Of a DNA stretch of 64,000 nt, positions 10,618-22,007 are shown in pieces (the first letter of the stretch is position 1; each line of letters starts with the position of its first letter). The DNA lies in IMG/VR virus record IMGVR_UViG_2888055400_000002, positions 18,064 through 82,063 of that record; one strand, given 5' to 3'. Under the pieces are notes generated by a model that was given only the letters and a program-made list of their open reading frames with translations, searched no databases and was not told where the DNA came from. The position numbers and the translations under genes are program-made. This DNA is from a virus. Lineage: Duplodnaviria; Caudoviricetes.

Positions 10618-13600
10618 ATGAGATATGAGAAGAGAGCAAACAGAGCAGCTTTATTAGGTGTTTTAGTCTCCAGTACGATGCTCAAAAAGGTTTTTCTAGG
10701 TGGGATAGGTTTTTCTTGTTTGTTAGCACCTTCAGTGGTTCAGGCGCAAATTACTTCTGATCCTAACGCAGGTAGCGCATATCGTCCGGATATAGTGGCA
10801 GCGCCCAATGGGGTTCCCTCGATTGATATTGTCACACCCAACGGCAAGGGCTTATCGCACAATAAATATTACGATTTTAATATTGGCAATCTAGGTGTTA
10901 TTTTCAACAATCATGCGCAAGAAGTAGGGCAATCGCAGTTGGGGGGCATTATGCCGGGCAATCCGCATTTGCGTTTCACGGGTTCAGCGAAAGTGATTTT
11001 AAATGAAGTGACCAGCGGTAAACGCAGCGCGCTTAATGGTCCAGCGGAAGTTTTTGGGCGCCAAGCTGATGTGATTATAGCCAATCCCAATGGCATAAGT
11101 TGTGATGGTTGTGGTTTTATCAATACGCCCCATGCGACCTTAACCACGGGTGTCCCCGAAATTGATGCGAGTGGTTTTTTGAAAGGCTTTGAGGTGCGAG
11201 GTGGGGACATCACCTTTGGAGCAAAGGGAGCCAATTTTTTCTCTGGCAAGGGGGCTGTTGATATTGTTGATATTGTTTCACGCACGGTGCATTTTGAAGG
11301 AGCTGTTGCGGGCAAGGATATTGGGGTGAGTGCTGGGACGGGGCATTTTGATTATGCTTCTCGTCAAATGAAGGAGCTCACCGATATTACCGGCAAACCG
11401 GAATATGCGATAGATGGGTCAGCTTTAGGGGCTCTACAGGCGGATCAGATTAAACTTGTAGCGACAGAACAAGGCGTTGGCGTTCGGATGCGTCATGATA
11501 TGGCGGCGAATGCGGGGCAGTTGCAGCTTTCTGCTGATGGAAAAATTTCCTTAAAAAATGTTTTTGGTCATGGGGGTGTTGTTCTTCAATCAAAGAGCAA
11601 GAGCGTGTTGGCAAAAAGCGTCACATCGAAAAAACATATTGAGATTGCAGCCAAAAAAGATGTCACATTAGAGATGGTTGGCGCCGATGGTGATTTGAAA
11701 GTAGAGGCGCAGGGGGGGCTTTTATCGATTGCAGGCAAGGCAACATCTGGAGGCAATATGGAGTTGTTTTCGCTTGATGCTATGAAAGTTTCTGGTCTTG
11801 GTTCTGGTGCTGATATAGCTCTTGAAGCGGGTGGAGATTTGAAGCTTGAGGGGGTCGTGTTAGCTGAAGGAAACCTTAAGGCACATGCTGGTGGTGATAT
11901 CCAAGCTGGTCTTTTAGCTGGTGGGGTTGATATGGCAGCAACGGGTGCTGCTGGTGTTGTTGTTCTTGGTGCCCAAGGAGATGTTGATCTTCAAAGTGTG
12001 GGAGGGAGAATTAACGCCGCAAACATTTATGGGGCAGGAGATGTGACCCTAGTTTCGTATGATGGGCTTTTTGTTTCCCAATCGATATTGTCTCACCAAA
12101 ATGTAGCAATCCATGCACAACTAAACACAAATGCCCCTGTTCATTTTGGACAAGTTTTAGCCTATGGCAAGGCCAATATTGAGGGTGGGGCGGTTGATTT
12201 TGCTTCGCTGATGACGGGCGGTGATGCCGTTTTAACGGTAGGCAGCCTTGATGCAGGCACACTGATGACAGGTTTAGATTTTGTTAGCTCTCAAGTGAGC
12301 CCTTCGAATCCTTCCGGTGCTCTTGTTTTTTATGACAAAGGTTCCCTTTCTATCACGGCACAAAGGGGCATAAAGGTTGAACATATTATCAGTGGTGGCA
12401 ATATTGATCTTTTTGCTGGCGACGACATTTATTACGATCAGGTCATTGGCTATGGCACAGCAACATTGACATCGGTATCAGGAGGGATCAGTGTTGAGAA
12501 TGTGCTGTCTGCTAAGGGGGATGTGAGATTGACAGCAAATACTCTCGATTTAAGCAATGATCGTTCTCATATTTACACGCCGCAAACGTTATTTTTAAAT
12601 GCGGATCATATTTATGTTTCGGGCAGCACGCTGATTTATGGCGGTTTAGATTTTAACAGCACCAATGTTCTTGATATTCACCATGCACGGCTACAAGCCA
12701 TTACCACTGAGGGGGGAACAGGAGATATTCTCTTTGTTGCTCCAGGCGTTATGGTGGATGAGACTACATCGGTTTTAGCGGCACGAGATTTTGTGATCAA
12801 AACGGGCCGTTTAGAGAATAGCGGTCAATTAGCAGCAGGGCAGGATTTAGCCTTTAGCGTGACGGGGGATGTGACCAACAGCAAAACGGGCTTAATTTAT
12901 GTGAAGGGCAATGGTGCTCTCAAAGTTGATGGCACTGTGTTGAATGATTTTGGCGCCATAATAGCAGAGGGTGATTTGTTTTTTACCAATGCAGATGGCA
13001 CAGGAAAGAGCCTTTCCCTTGTCAATAAAGCAGGCTTTATTCAAGCCGGTGGCAACTTAAATATCCAAACCAACACCCTCAAAAACGAAGCCGATAGCAC
13101 GCCTGTTATCACGGAAAAAACGGAATATAGCGATATTTCATTCGAAAGATCAAAGGGTTCTGATCAGCTCAGTGATGGGATGTTATATCATGATACGAGA
13201 TTGAATAGCTGGGGCAAAGGAAAGCTTTCTAAGTGGCCGGTATTGAGTGACACGAAGAACTTTATATTTAAACAGCAGATTTGGGCGAGCAAAGAAGAAA
13301 CCTATGGCAAAACAACATTGAAAGACGGAACAGTTTATAAGGCATTTACTTGGGAATATAATGATAACAGAAAAGGCATAGAACAGTATTCCTGGAATGG
13401 TGATAGATGGAGAGAAGGATTCTTGGGGCTCTCGTTCCTAAACGAAAACTGGTCACACATGACAGAAGAAACTGTCACGCAAGAGTTTTCGCATAAACCC
13501 ACTGTTTCGGGGATGATAGAGTCTCACGGCAATCTGATCATTAACGCTGATAGCATTGACAACCATTATAGCATTATAAGAGCGGAAGGAAATGCCGATA

Positions 13601-16600
13601 TTCACGCCAATGTGCTCACCAATTTAGGGGCAACAGCTTATAAAAACACCTATATGCATTGTAATGCAAACACAGATGCTTATTGTTATGGCTATCAAGC
13701 TGATGGAAGCCGCGATGTTTCTTTAGATATAGCCAATGGCAAGTATCGCCAAACTGGCTCAGAAGCTTTGGAGAGCGTTCCTGGTCTTGTCCAAGCGGGT
13801 GGCACGTTGAATTTGGTGGTCGATCAACTCCACAACACGGCAGCGGAAGGTTCGATTACAGGGGATGCGCATTTTGAGGCAAAAGCCGTTGGGGGTGATC
13901 CACTAGGGGCGCTGAGCGGTTTGACTGGGGCTGGTGCTTTGTTTACGCCAAATATCGCCTTAGATGGTACAGCTGGTGTTTCGGATGGGAGTTCATTGCC
14001 TTTACCAAAACCCCAATCGGGTGGAATTGGGGGCACGCTACCCAACCAGAATTTCCTTTATGAAACGCGGGCAGAATTCCTTGATGTTGGCAAGTTTTAT
14101 GGCTCAGCCTATTATTTGAACAGAATTGGCTACAAACCTGATCGGGAGATTTTTTTCTTAGGCGATGCTTATTTTGAAAAGCAATTGATTGAGAAACAAA
14201 TGCGTGATCTGGTTGGTCAGGGTTTGGGAAAAGGTTCCTTTATTCCTGGAAGTGATGCTATTGAACAAGTCAAAACCTTGCTTGATGTCGGGGCGGAATA
14301 TGCAAAAGCACACAATCTCCCTTTTGGTGAGGCTTTGAGTAAAGAACAATTGGCGTCCCTAGAAGCCCCGATGGTGATTTATGTGCGCCAACAGATCAAG
14401 GGCATGGATGTTTATGCACCGGTGCTTTACATCCCTGAAAAAGACAGAGCCTCCTTTGTTTCTGCTGGTGCTTTGATTATGGGGGATGATGTCAATATCA
14501 CCAGCCAGAATACAAGCAATTCAATGATAACCAATTCTGGGCGGATAAATGCAAACCACCAATTGCATGTGCATGGTGGGGATCTCCTCAGTCAAGGGGG
14601 GCATTTTGCTGCTGGTGGTGATGCTGTTTTACTTGCGGAGAAGAATATTCGTTTTGAAGCAGGGCGAACAACGGTTGACGGCGTGGAGACCGTTTTAAAC
14701 ACCGAGGCGCTTTCTACAGGGGGCAATGCGAGCGTGATCGCCAAACAAGATCTCACAGCCTCAGGGGTTAAGATCAGCACAGGGGGCGATCTTGCCATGG
14801 CCACAGAACAAGGCAACTTGACGATAGGTTCAGCAGAAACCCACTACCATGATGAACAGGGTGATGCCACCATGCATCATAAATCTGCGTTAAACTCTGG
14901 AGGATCGACGACACTTGTCTCTGGAAAAGATTTGAATATCTTAGGCTCTGATGTTCAAGCAACGGATAATCTTTCCTTACAAGCAAAAGGCAACGTTTCG
15001 ATTGATGCCACGCGCAACAGTGCCAATAGCCATCACGGGGATCAAACCTCTCATGTTGCCTTACACAATGGCTCTCATTTAAGTTCTGGAAAAGAGACCA
15101 CGGTTCTCTCTGGAAAAGATATTCATATGGCTGCTTCCGATATAGATGCCAAGGGCAATGTTGTTCTTGGTGCACAAGGGGAAATAGCGATAGGGGTGAG
15201 AGAAGATGAAATGGAGTATCATCTTCGCGCCAACAACACCAAAGTCGATATGCAAGCCTTGATTTCCCAGGGATCAACAATAAAATCTGGAGGCGATACC
15301 ACTGTCGTTGCAGGGCAGGATGGAAAGAAGCATGATCTCACCATCACAGGCAGTTCTGTTGCGGCTGATGGCAAGGTGGGGCTAAAAGCCAGCAATGATA
15401 TTGTGATCACCAATGCAGAGGATAGCTTACATTATGAGATGTCGTACCATAAAGACGGGGGAACATTCAGCAGCAGCAAATCCGTGCATAACAAGGTGGA
15501 TGCTGTCCAAGTTTCCGGTTCACTCATATCTGGGGGCAAAGGCGTTGCCATTGACTCAGGAAACAACACGGAAGTTGTAGCCTCGACGCTCATAGCCGGT
15601 AAGGCAGGGGAAACGTCAGGAGAGAAAACACCAGAAGATCAGGCAAAAGCGGATATTACCATTCACTCTGGTGGAAATATTGTTATCAAAGGTGCCCAAG
15701 AACATTTTGATCAGCAACAGCAATCCTCGTCAAGTAGCCTTTTGCACGAGGAATCTTCAGATAAATCTGAATCGCACACCACAACGGTTTCCTCTGTTCT
15801 AGGTGCGACGGGCAACATTGATATGGAAGCGCAAGGGGATGCCAAGATTACTGCTTCTCATCTGCTTTCTGGTCAAGACATCAATGTGAGTGCAGAAGAT
15901 GTGATGATTGATGGCATGACAGACCACCATAGCAGCCATTCAGAGGAGCATGAAACGGGTTTTGGCGTGGGATCAGGCAAGGGCTTTGTATCGATATATG
16001 GAAGTGAAGGCAAAACGCAAAATGAAGAGAGTTTTGAACATCAAGGCTCTTCTTTGAATGCGGATGGCACTCTCAACATCACCGCCAAGAAAAAAGATGT
16101 GACAATTGTGGGCTCTGATGTTGAAGGGGAAAATGTTCATCTTACCGCAGCGCATGATGTTAATGTGCTTGTTGGCCATAATAGCCATAAGTCAAGCTCA
16201 AAAGAAGAGCGGGAAGGTTTTGGCATTCAGTTTGAAAAGAGCAGCAGCAGTGCCTCTGTCGGTGTTGGGGTTGCCAGTGCGAAGGATACGGGTGATGAGT
16301 GGGAAACGACCTCTGTTCAATCGCACATCACGGCGAAGAAAGATGTACAGATCACTGCCGGCAATGATGTGACCATGCAAGCGGCAGATGTTTTGGCGGA
16401 TCGTGATCTAAATATCGATGCCGGCAATAATGTCACACTATCAGAAAGCCATGATATCTCCAATACACAGGAAACCCATGAAAAATCCTTTGCCGGTGTT
16501 ACAACCACTGTCAATGTGGGTGTTCTTGATACTGTACAAGGCTTAAAAGATTCAGCGGACCACATGAATAATAAGGATGGAAATAACACAGTTATTAATG

Positions 16601-18750
16601 GCGTACTGACTGGCATGAAAATCAATAACCTCTTTAACAAAGGTAGGAATTTTGTGAGTTGGCTGAGTGGCAATACAGGGGAAAGGGGCAATATCAGCAA
16701 AGGACTGAGTAGCCCATTAGGAGGGGTGGGGGGCTCCACCAAGGATGCTCTTGCCAATATGGCTGATGTTTCTGCTAGCGTAACCGTGGGCTTTAAGACA
16801 GAGAAAGCAGAAGCCTCTTTTCAAACCTCCACGGCGGTGACAGGAACAATGGAAGCAGGGCGTTCTGTTAACATGCAAGCCCACAAAGGCAGCATCCATG
16901 ATATTGGAGGTGACATTATCGCCGGTACCAATCCTGTTTATGCAAATGATGAGCAGAGTGGAAATATCAACTTAGAAGCAGGGAAAGATATCACCTTTGA
17001 AAGTGCACAAACCACGCAAAGCACACAAAACCACAATGAAAGCGCCTCGGTAAATGTTGGGTATAGCTATGGTACCGGTGGTGCTGGGGGAACAGGCAAT
17101 GCTTCCTTTAGTCAAGGGGAAGGCTCCAGTGAGGAAGTTCAACACAAAAACAGCCATCTTAGTGGCACCGGTACTGTTCACACCAACAGTGGAGGAAACA
17201 CCACATTTGCGGGGGCCGTGGTTTTGGGAGACCATGTAGAGATGAATGTTGGTGGTGATTTGACCATTACCAGCCGCAGTGATACGGGTCAAACCTCTAA
17301 CAAGCAGAAATCTGCTTCTGTTGGGTTTGGTGGCAGCAAAAGTTTTGATGCAGGCTCAACAAGCTTCTCCTTACAAAAGGATCAATCCTCCAGCGATTAT
17401 CACAGTGTTGTGGAGCAATCAGGCATCAAAGCGGGTGATGGCGGTTTTAAGATCAACGTTAAAGATAAAACAACCCTGACTGGGGGGCTGATTGCCAGCA
17501 CCGCGTCGCCAGACAAAAACAGCCTGACCACAGGAAGCATCAGTACCAGTGACATCACCAACAGTGCGAGTGCACAAGCCAGCAGCCATGGTTTTAGCCT
17601 TTCTGGGAACGACACGATAAAAAACATTGCCAAAAATGCTTTAAGTCATGGGAAAGCCAAGGATGCGGCGGACGGGGAAACCAAATCCGCCATCAGTGAT
17701 GGCACCATCATCTTAACCGATGCAACCAACCAGAGGGCGATGGGGCAAGATGCTGGACAAATCATTGATGCCCTCAACCGCAACACCGCAGCAGCCCACC
17801 AAGCGGTAGTGCCGCTGGATACCACATCGCTTGAGGGAGCAGTGCATAATCGCCTCGATATGATCAATGATTTATCAGATGAAGGATTTGGATACCTTGG
17901 TAAAATTTATAAAATCTCATATGTCAAAGAGCATTTTGAGGGTGAGGTTTTGCATGATGAAAATGGCAATGTCATCTATGCAACAGATAAAAATGGGATC
18001 CCTATAAGAGATAGCTATGGAAGAAAAATACCTCTGTATCATTATTTAACGCCAGAGGAAGAGAAGCATTTACAAAAAGGCTCTGATGGCAACCGGCATA
18101 TGTTCTACAATGGAATTCGCACCTCACCAGATGACGCTGCGCGCTATGCTGTCCAGTTTGCTGATAATGATCATGATCCCCTTTATTTTACAGTTTTTCC
18201 ACAAGCTGAAGACAAGCTCGTAGAGTTAGGGGTAGCGGTTTTTCAGAAGTTCCTAGAAGGTAGAGTTTTTTTTGGATTAACCAATTCAACAAAGAAGTTC
18301 CAGAATTTTCTATCTCTCTATGGCAATGATGGAGCGATTGTTGATGCGCATAGCCGTGGTAGCTTGACAGTAGGCAATGGAATGCGTGACTTTAAAAAAC
18401 GTGGCGTCCACGATATAGCAGAAAACACAAGTGTTAATCTTTTTGGTCCAGCTTTTAACGCTCAAGACATGGCAAATACGTTATATATCTTAAGTAATGG
18501 CAAGCAAACCTATGTGAACTTGGAAAACCATAAATATGACTTTGTTGGCGGATGGTTAGCTGGTCACAATCCTTATACCTTTGACAAAGTACCCGCTGGT
18601 AATGGTCCTTGGAAAGAGGGGGGGAAAATAATATTTAGTTATCCCAGTCCCCATGCTTGTTATGGGCATGCGGATAAATCATGTACATCGCGCTATGGTT
18701 CACCTCATCGTATAAAAGTTCATTCAACTTCTACAGGGAGGAAAAAATGA
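10618..18750 (+). CDS. fhaB: Filamentous haemagglutinin-family TpsA / CdiA-like exoprotein with a lipase-like C-terminal domain
   Basis: TPS domain (GLSHNKY, ILNEV, NPNGISCDGCGFIN), long Gly/Ser/Thr haemagglutinin repeats, C-terminus with AHSRG motif, stop overlaps a lipoprotein start (ATGA). Confidence 0.92.
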   Translation: MRYEKRANRAALLGVLVSSTMLKKVFLGGIGFSCLLAPSVVQAQITSDPNAGSAYRPDIVAAPNGVPSIDIVTPNGKGLSHNKYYDFNIGNLGVIFNNHAQEVGQSQLGGIMPGNPHLRFTGSAKVILNEVTSGKRSALNGPAEVFGRQADVIIANPNGISCDGCGFINTPHATLTTGVPEIDASGFLKGFEVRGGDITFGAKGANFFSGKGAVDIVDIVSRTVHFEGAVAGKDIGVSAGTGHFDYASRQMKELTDITGKPEYAIDGSALGALQADQIKLVATEQGVGVRMRHDMAANAGQLQLSADGKISLKNVFGHGGVVLQSKSKSVLAKSVTSKKHIEIAAKKDVTLEMVGADGDLKVEAQGGLLSIAGKATSGGNMELFSLDAMKVSGLGSGADIALEAGGDLKLEGVVLAEGNLKAHAGGDIQAGLLAGGVDMAATGAAGVVVLGAQGDVDLQSVGGRINAANIYGAGDVTLVSYDGLFVSQSILSHQNVAIHAQLNTNAPVHFGQVLAYGKANIEGGAVDFASLMTGGDAVLTVGSLDAGTLMTGLDFVSSQVSPSNPSGALVFYDKGSLSITAQRGIKVEHIISGGNIDLFAGDDIYYDQVIGYGTATLTSVSGGISVENVLSAKGDVRLTANTLDLSNDRSHIYTPQTLFLNADHIYVSGSTLIYGGLDFNSTNVLDIHHARLQAITTEGGTGDILFVAPGVMVDETTSVLAARDFVIKTGRLENSGQLAAGQDLAFSVTGDVTNSKTGLIYVKGNGALKVDGTVLNDFGAIIAEGDLFFTNADGTGKSLSLVNKAGFIQAGGNLNIQTNTLKNEADSTPVITEKTEYSDISFERSKGSDQLSDGMLYHDTRLNSWGKGKLSKWPVLSDTKNFIFKQQIWASKEETYGKTTLKDGTVYKAFTWEYNDNRKGIEQYSWNGDRWREGFLGLSFLNENWSHMTEETVTQEFSHKPTVSGMIESHGNLIINADSIDNHYSIIRAEGNADIHANVLTNLGATAYKNTYMHCNANTDAYCYGYQADGSRDVSLDIANGKYRQTGSEALESVPGLVQAGGTLNLVVDQLHNTAAEGSITGDAHFEAKAVGGDPLGALSGLTGAGALFTPNIALDGTAGVSDGSSLPLPKPQSGGIGGTLPNQNFLYETRAEFLDVGKFYGSAYYLNRIGYKPDREIFFLGDAYFEKQLIEKQMRDLVGQGLGKGSFIPGSDAIEQVKTLLDVGAEYAKAHNLPFGEALSKEQLASLEAPMVIYVRQQIKGMDVYAPVLYIPEKDRASFVSAGALIMGDDVNITSQNTSNSMITNSGRINANHQLHVHGGDLLSQGGHFAAGGDAVLLAEKNIRFEAGRTTVDGVETVLNTEALSTGGNASVIAKQDLTASGVKISTGGDLAMATEQGNLTIGSAETHYHDEQGDATMHHKSALNSGGSTTLVSGKDLNILGSDVQATDNLSLQAKGNVSIDATRNSANSHHGDQTSHVALHNGSHLSSGKETTVLSGKDIHMAASDIDAKGNVVLGAQGEIAIGVREDEMEYHLRANNTKVDMQALISQGSTIKSGGDTTVVAGQDGKKHDLTITGSSVAADGKVGLKASNDIVITNAEDSLHYEMSYHKDGGTFSSSKSVHNKVDAVQVSGSLISGGKGVAIDSGNNTEVVASTLIAGKAGETSGEKTPEDQAKADITIHSGGNIVIKGAQEHFDQQQQSSSSSLLHEESSDKSESHTTTVSSVLGATGNIDMEAQGDAKITASHLLSGQDINVSAEDVMIDGMTDHHSSHSEEHETGFGVGSGKGFVSIYGSEGKTQNEESFEHQGSSLNADGTLNITAKKKDVTIVGSDVEGENVHLTAAHDVNVLVGHNSHKSSSKEEREGFGIQFEKSSSSASVGVGVASAKDTGDEWETTSVQSHITAKKDVQITAGNDVTMQAADVLADRDLNIDAGNNVTLSESHDISNTQETHEKSFAGVTTTVNVGVLDTVQGLKDSADHMNNKDGNNTVINGVLTGMKINNLFNKGRNFVSWLSGNTGERGNISKGLSSPLGGVGGSTKDALANMADVSASVTVGFKTEKAEASFQTSTAVTGTMEAGRSVNMQAHKGSIHDIGGDIIAGTNPVYANDEQSGNINLEAGKDITFESAQTTQSTQNHNESASVNVGYSYGTGGAGGTGNASFSQGEGSSEEVQHKNSHLSGTGTVHTNSGGNTTFAGAVVLGDHVEMNVGGDLTITSRSDTGQTSNKQKSASVGFGGSKSFDAGSTSFSLQKDQSSSDYHSVVEQSGIKAGDGGFKINVKDKTTLTGGLIASTASPDKNSLTTGSISTSDITNSASAQASSHGFSLSGNDTIKNIAKNALSHGKAKDAADGETKSAISDGTIILTDATNQRAMGQDAGQIIDALNRNTAAAHQAVVPLDTTSLEGAVHNRLDMINDLSDEGFGYLGKIYKISYVKEHFEGEVLHDENGNVIYATDKNGIPIRDSYGRKIPLYHYLTPEEEKHLQKGSDGNRHMFYNGIRTSPDDAARYAVQFADNDHDPLYFTVFPQAEDKLVELGVAVFQKFLEGRVFFGLTNSTKKFQNFLSLYGNDGAIVDAHSRGSLTVGNGMRDFKKRGVHDIAENTSVNLFGPAFNAQDMANTLYILSNGKQTYVNLENHKYDFVGGWLAGHNPYTFDKVPAGNGPWKEGGKIIFSYPSPHACYGHADKSCTSRYGSPHRIKVHSTSTGRKK

Positions 18751-19160
18751 AAAAAGCCTTTAAATTATCCAGTGCGATAGTTCTGTTTATTATAGCTGGG
18801 TGTAATTTTTTTAAGCCTTCTCCAGGTTACTTATATATGTGGGAGAAACCGGGGGCAGATTTTACTGAAGTAGGAAAAGCTTTGTTGGAATGCGGAATGC
18901 CAACACCTTATGATGTCGATCCAGAAAATAGAAAGCTTAGTGTTAATGAGGATGCAACAATTTATGCTTGCATGATCCAAGCAGGATTCCGCTATAAAGA
19001 TGAAGAGGTGTCGAGGGCTGGAGGATGGTGTTATACATTTAAAGAGGAAAACCTACCCATTTGTCGTCCAGGGGCTATCATTCCGCAACGAAGTGTCAAG
19101 AAGCGCTTAAATAGCCCTTTTTGTAAAAAATATAAAAATGCACCTGAATGCCAACCTTAA
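18747..19160 (+). CDS. Lipoprotein, putative cognate immunity protein
   Basis: MKKAFKLSSAIVLFIIAG-C lipobox; translationally coupled to the TpsA; Cys pattern LLECG..ACMIQAG..WC..PICRPG..SPFC..PEC. Confidence 0.8.
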   Translation: MKKAFKLSSAIVLFIIAGCNFFKPSPGYLYMWEKPGADFTEVGKALLECGMPTPYDVDPENRKLSVNEDATIYACMIQAGFRYKDEEVSRAGGWCYTFKEENLPICRPGAIIPQRSVKKRLNSPFCKKYKNAPECQP

Positions 19161-19180
19161 GTCTTGCTTGTGATGATCAA

Positions 19181-19227
19181 CAATCCGCCATCCTTGCCTT
19201 CGCTTGGACTGGCGGGATTGTTTTCTT
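19181..19227 (+). terminator. Stem-loop after the immunity gene (copies at 21849-21888 and 27070-27109)
   Basis: CAATCCGCCA...TGGCGGGATTG followed by a T-rich tract; three copies. Confidence 0.55.
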
Positions 19228-19338
19228 AATCCACCATCTCAATTTAGTCCTACCTGTCTTAAACACAGTATAGATAGAAAATATCAACAGGCTTTTGAGC
19301 TTTTTTATCGTAAATAAATCCATTGAAAGAGGGGAAAA

Positions 19339-19698
19339 ATGAAGAAAACTTTAAAACTATTGAGTTGCATGGCTCTGTTAAGTATCGCTGGATGTGTTAA
19401 CTCAATTCCCTCACTTTCTCCAGCAATATGGAGAAAGAAAATACTTTTAGAATGTGGAGTACCGGATTTTGATAAGGTTGTGGCGCTAGATTTGAATCAA
19501 TTTGCTAGTATTGAAATGTGTATGGCGCAATCAGGTTTTCGCCCTAGCTTTCCAATACAAGGTTGGTGTGAAAATCATAAATCCGAAAAGCTTCCCATTT
19601 GTCGTCCTGGTGCTGTCATGCCTCAACGAAGTGTTGAGAGACGTTTAAAGAGCCCTTATTGTAAAAAGCATCCAGAACAATATGAATGTAAACCTTAA
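19339..19698 (+). CDS. Lipoprotein, orphan immunity paralog
   Basis: Lipobox SIAG-C; same Cys framework as 18747..19160. Confidence 0.8.
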   Translation: MKKTLKLLSCMALLSIAGCVNSIPSLSPAIWRKKILLECGVPDFDKVVALDLNQFASIEMCMAQSGFRPSFPIQGWCENHKSEKLPICRPGAVMPQRSVERRLKSPYCKKHPEQYECKP

Positions 19699-21418
19699 CC
19701 ACAATGAAAGCGCCTCGGTAAATGTTGGGTATAGCTATGGTACCGGTGGTGCTGGGGGAACAGGCAATGCTTCCTTTAGTCAAGGGGAAGGCTCCAGTGA
19801 AGAAGTTCACCAGAAAAACGCCCATATTAGTGGCACGGGTACTGTTCACACCAACAGTGGAGGAAACACGACACTTGCAGGGGCCGTGGTTTCTGGAGAC
19901 CATGTAGAAATGGAGGTTGGGGGTGATTTGACCATTACCAGCCGCAGTGATACGGGTCAAACCTCTAACAAGCAGAAATCAGCTTCTGTTGGTTTTGGTG
20001 GCAGCAAAAGTTTTGATGCAGGCTCAACAAGCTTCTCCTTACAAAAGGATCAATCCTCTAGTGATTATCACAGTGTTGTGGAGCAATCAGGCATCAAAGC
20101 GGGTGATGGCGGTTTTAAGATCAACGTTAAAGATAAAACAACCCTGACCGGAGGACTGATTGCGAGCACCGCGTCGCCAGAAAAAAACAGCCTGACCACA
20201 GGAAGCATCAGTACCAGTGACATCACCAACAGTGCGAGTGCACAAGCCAGCAGCCATGGGGTTAGCGTTTCTGGGAACGACACGATAAAAAACATTGCCA
20301 AAAATGCTTTAAGTCATGGGAAAGCCAAGGATGCGGCGGACGGGGAAACCAAATCCGCCATCAGTGATGGCACCATCATCCTGACAGGTGCAACCAACCA
20401 GAGGGCGATGGGGCAAGATGCTGGACAAATCATTGATGCCCTCAACCGCAACACCGCAGCAGCCCATCAGGCAGTAGTGCCGCTGGATGCCACATCACTT
20501 GAGGGGGTGATACATAATCGCCTCAATATGATCAATGATTTATCAGATGAAGGATTTGGATACCTTGGTAAAATTTATAAAATCTCATATGTCAAAGAGC
20601 ATTTTGAGGGTGAGGTTTTGCATGATGAAAATGGCAATGTCATCTATGCAACAGATAAAAATGGGATCCCTATAAGAGATAGCTATGGAAGAAAAATACC
20701 TCTGTATCATTATTTAACGCCAGAGGAAGAGAAGCATTTACAAAAAGGCTCTGATGGCAACCGGCATATGTTCTACAATGGAATTCGCACCTCACCAGAT
20801 GACGCTGCGCGCTATGCTGTCCAGTTTGCTGATAATGATCATGATCCCCTTTATTTTACAGTTTTTCCACAAGCTGAAGACAAGCTCGTAGAGTTAGGGG
20901 TAGCGGTTTTTCAGAAGTTCCTAGAAGGTAGAGTTTTTTTTGGATTAACCAATTCAACAAAGAAGTTCCAGAATTTTCTATCTCTCTATGGCAATGATGG
21001 AGCGATTGTTGATGCGCATAGCCGTGGTAGCTTGACAGTAGGCAATGGAATGCGTGACTTTAAAAAACGTGGCGTCCACGATATAGCAGAAAACACAAGT
21101 GTTAATCTTTTTGGTCCAGCTTTTAACGCTCAAGACATGGCAAATACGTTATATATCTTAAGTAATGGCAAGCAAACCTATGTGAACTTGGAAAACCATA
21201 AATATGACTTTGTTGGCGGATGGTTAGCTGGTCACAATCCTTATACCTTTGACAAAGTACCCGCTGGTAATGGTCCTTGGAAAGAGGGGGGGAAAATAAT
21301 ATTTAGTTATCCCAGTCCCCATGCTTGTTATGGGCATGCAGATGAAAGGTGTCGACAAGCTTACGGAGCCTCTCATCGTATAAAAGTTCATTCAACTTAT
21401 ACAGGGAGGAAAAAATGA
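19697..21418 (+). pseudogene. Orphan cdiA 3' module 1 (5'-truncated)
   Basis: Near-identical to cdiA 17029-18750 except the last ~20 codons; no signal peptide or TPS domain. Confidence 0.85.
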
Positions 21419-21825
21419 AAAAAGCCTTTAAATTATTAACTGTAATAGTTTTGTTAATTATTGCTGGATGTGAGGATTTTTTCAAGCCTCCTCTAGGTAA
21501 CGTATATGGGTGGGAGAAGCCAGGTGCAGATTTTACTGAAGTAGGAAAGGCATTGTTAGAATGCGGAATGCCGAGTCCTGAATATCTTGATAGAGAAAAT
21601 AGGCGCTTGAGCTATAATGATAGTGCAACAATTTATGCTTGCATGATCCAAGCAGGATTCCGTGATAAACTTAAAAAAGAGGTGGGAACTTGGTGTGAGA
21701 ATTTTAAAGCCGAAAATCTCCCCATATGTCGACCAGGCGCTGTCATCCCAAAACGAAGTGTCAAAAAGCGCTTGAATAGCCCGTTTTGTAAAAGAAGTCC
21801 TGTGCAGCCTGAATGCCAACCTTAA
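21415..21825 (+). CDS. Lipoprotein, putative immunity protein of orphan module 1
   Basis: ATGA overlap; lipobox IIAG-C; family Cys pattern. Confidence 0.8.
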   Translation: MKKAFKLLTVIVLLIIAGCEDFFKPPLGNVYGWEKPGADFTEVGKALLECGMPSPEYLDRENRRLSYNDSATIYACMIQAGFRDKLKKEVGTWCENFKAENLPICRPGAVIPKRSVKKRLNSPFCKRSPVQPECQP

Positions 21826-22007
21826 GTCTTGCTGCTGATCACAATCAACAATCCGCCATCCTTGCCTTTGCTTGGACTGGCGGAATTGTTTCCTTAATTC
21901 ACCATCTCAATTTAGTCCTAACCTGTCTTAAACACAGTATAGACAGAAAATATCAACAGGCTTTTGAGCTTTTTTATCGTAAATAAATCCATTGAAAGAG
22001 GGGAAAA

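Noticed and set aside
10911-17867. Many antisense ORFs within cdiA and its orphan modules
   Set aside because: Typical reverse-frame openness of Gly/Ser/Thr/Ala-rich repeats; they recur only because the cdiA segments are duplicated
19682-21418. Independent expressed 578-aa gene
   Set aside because: The ATG lies inside the preceding lipoprotein gene with no clear SD; homology to cdiA starts abruptly at 19697 and no export domains are present
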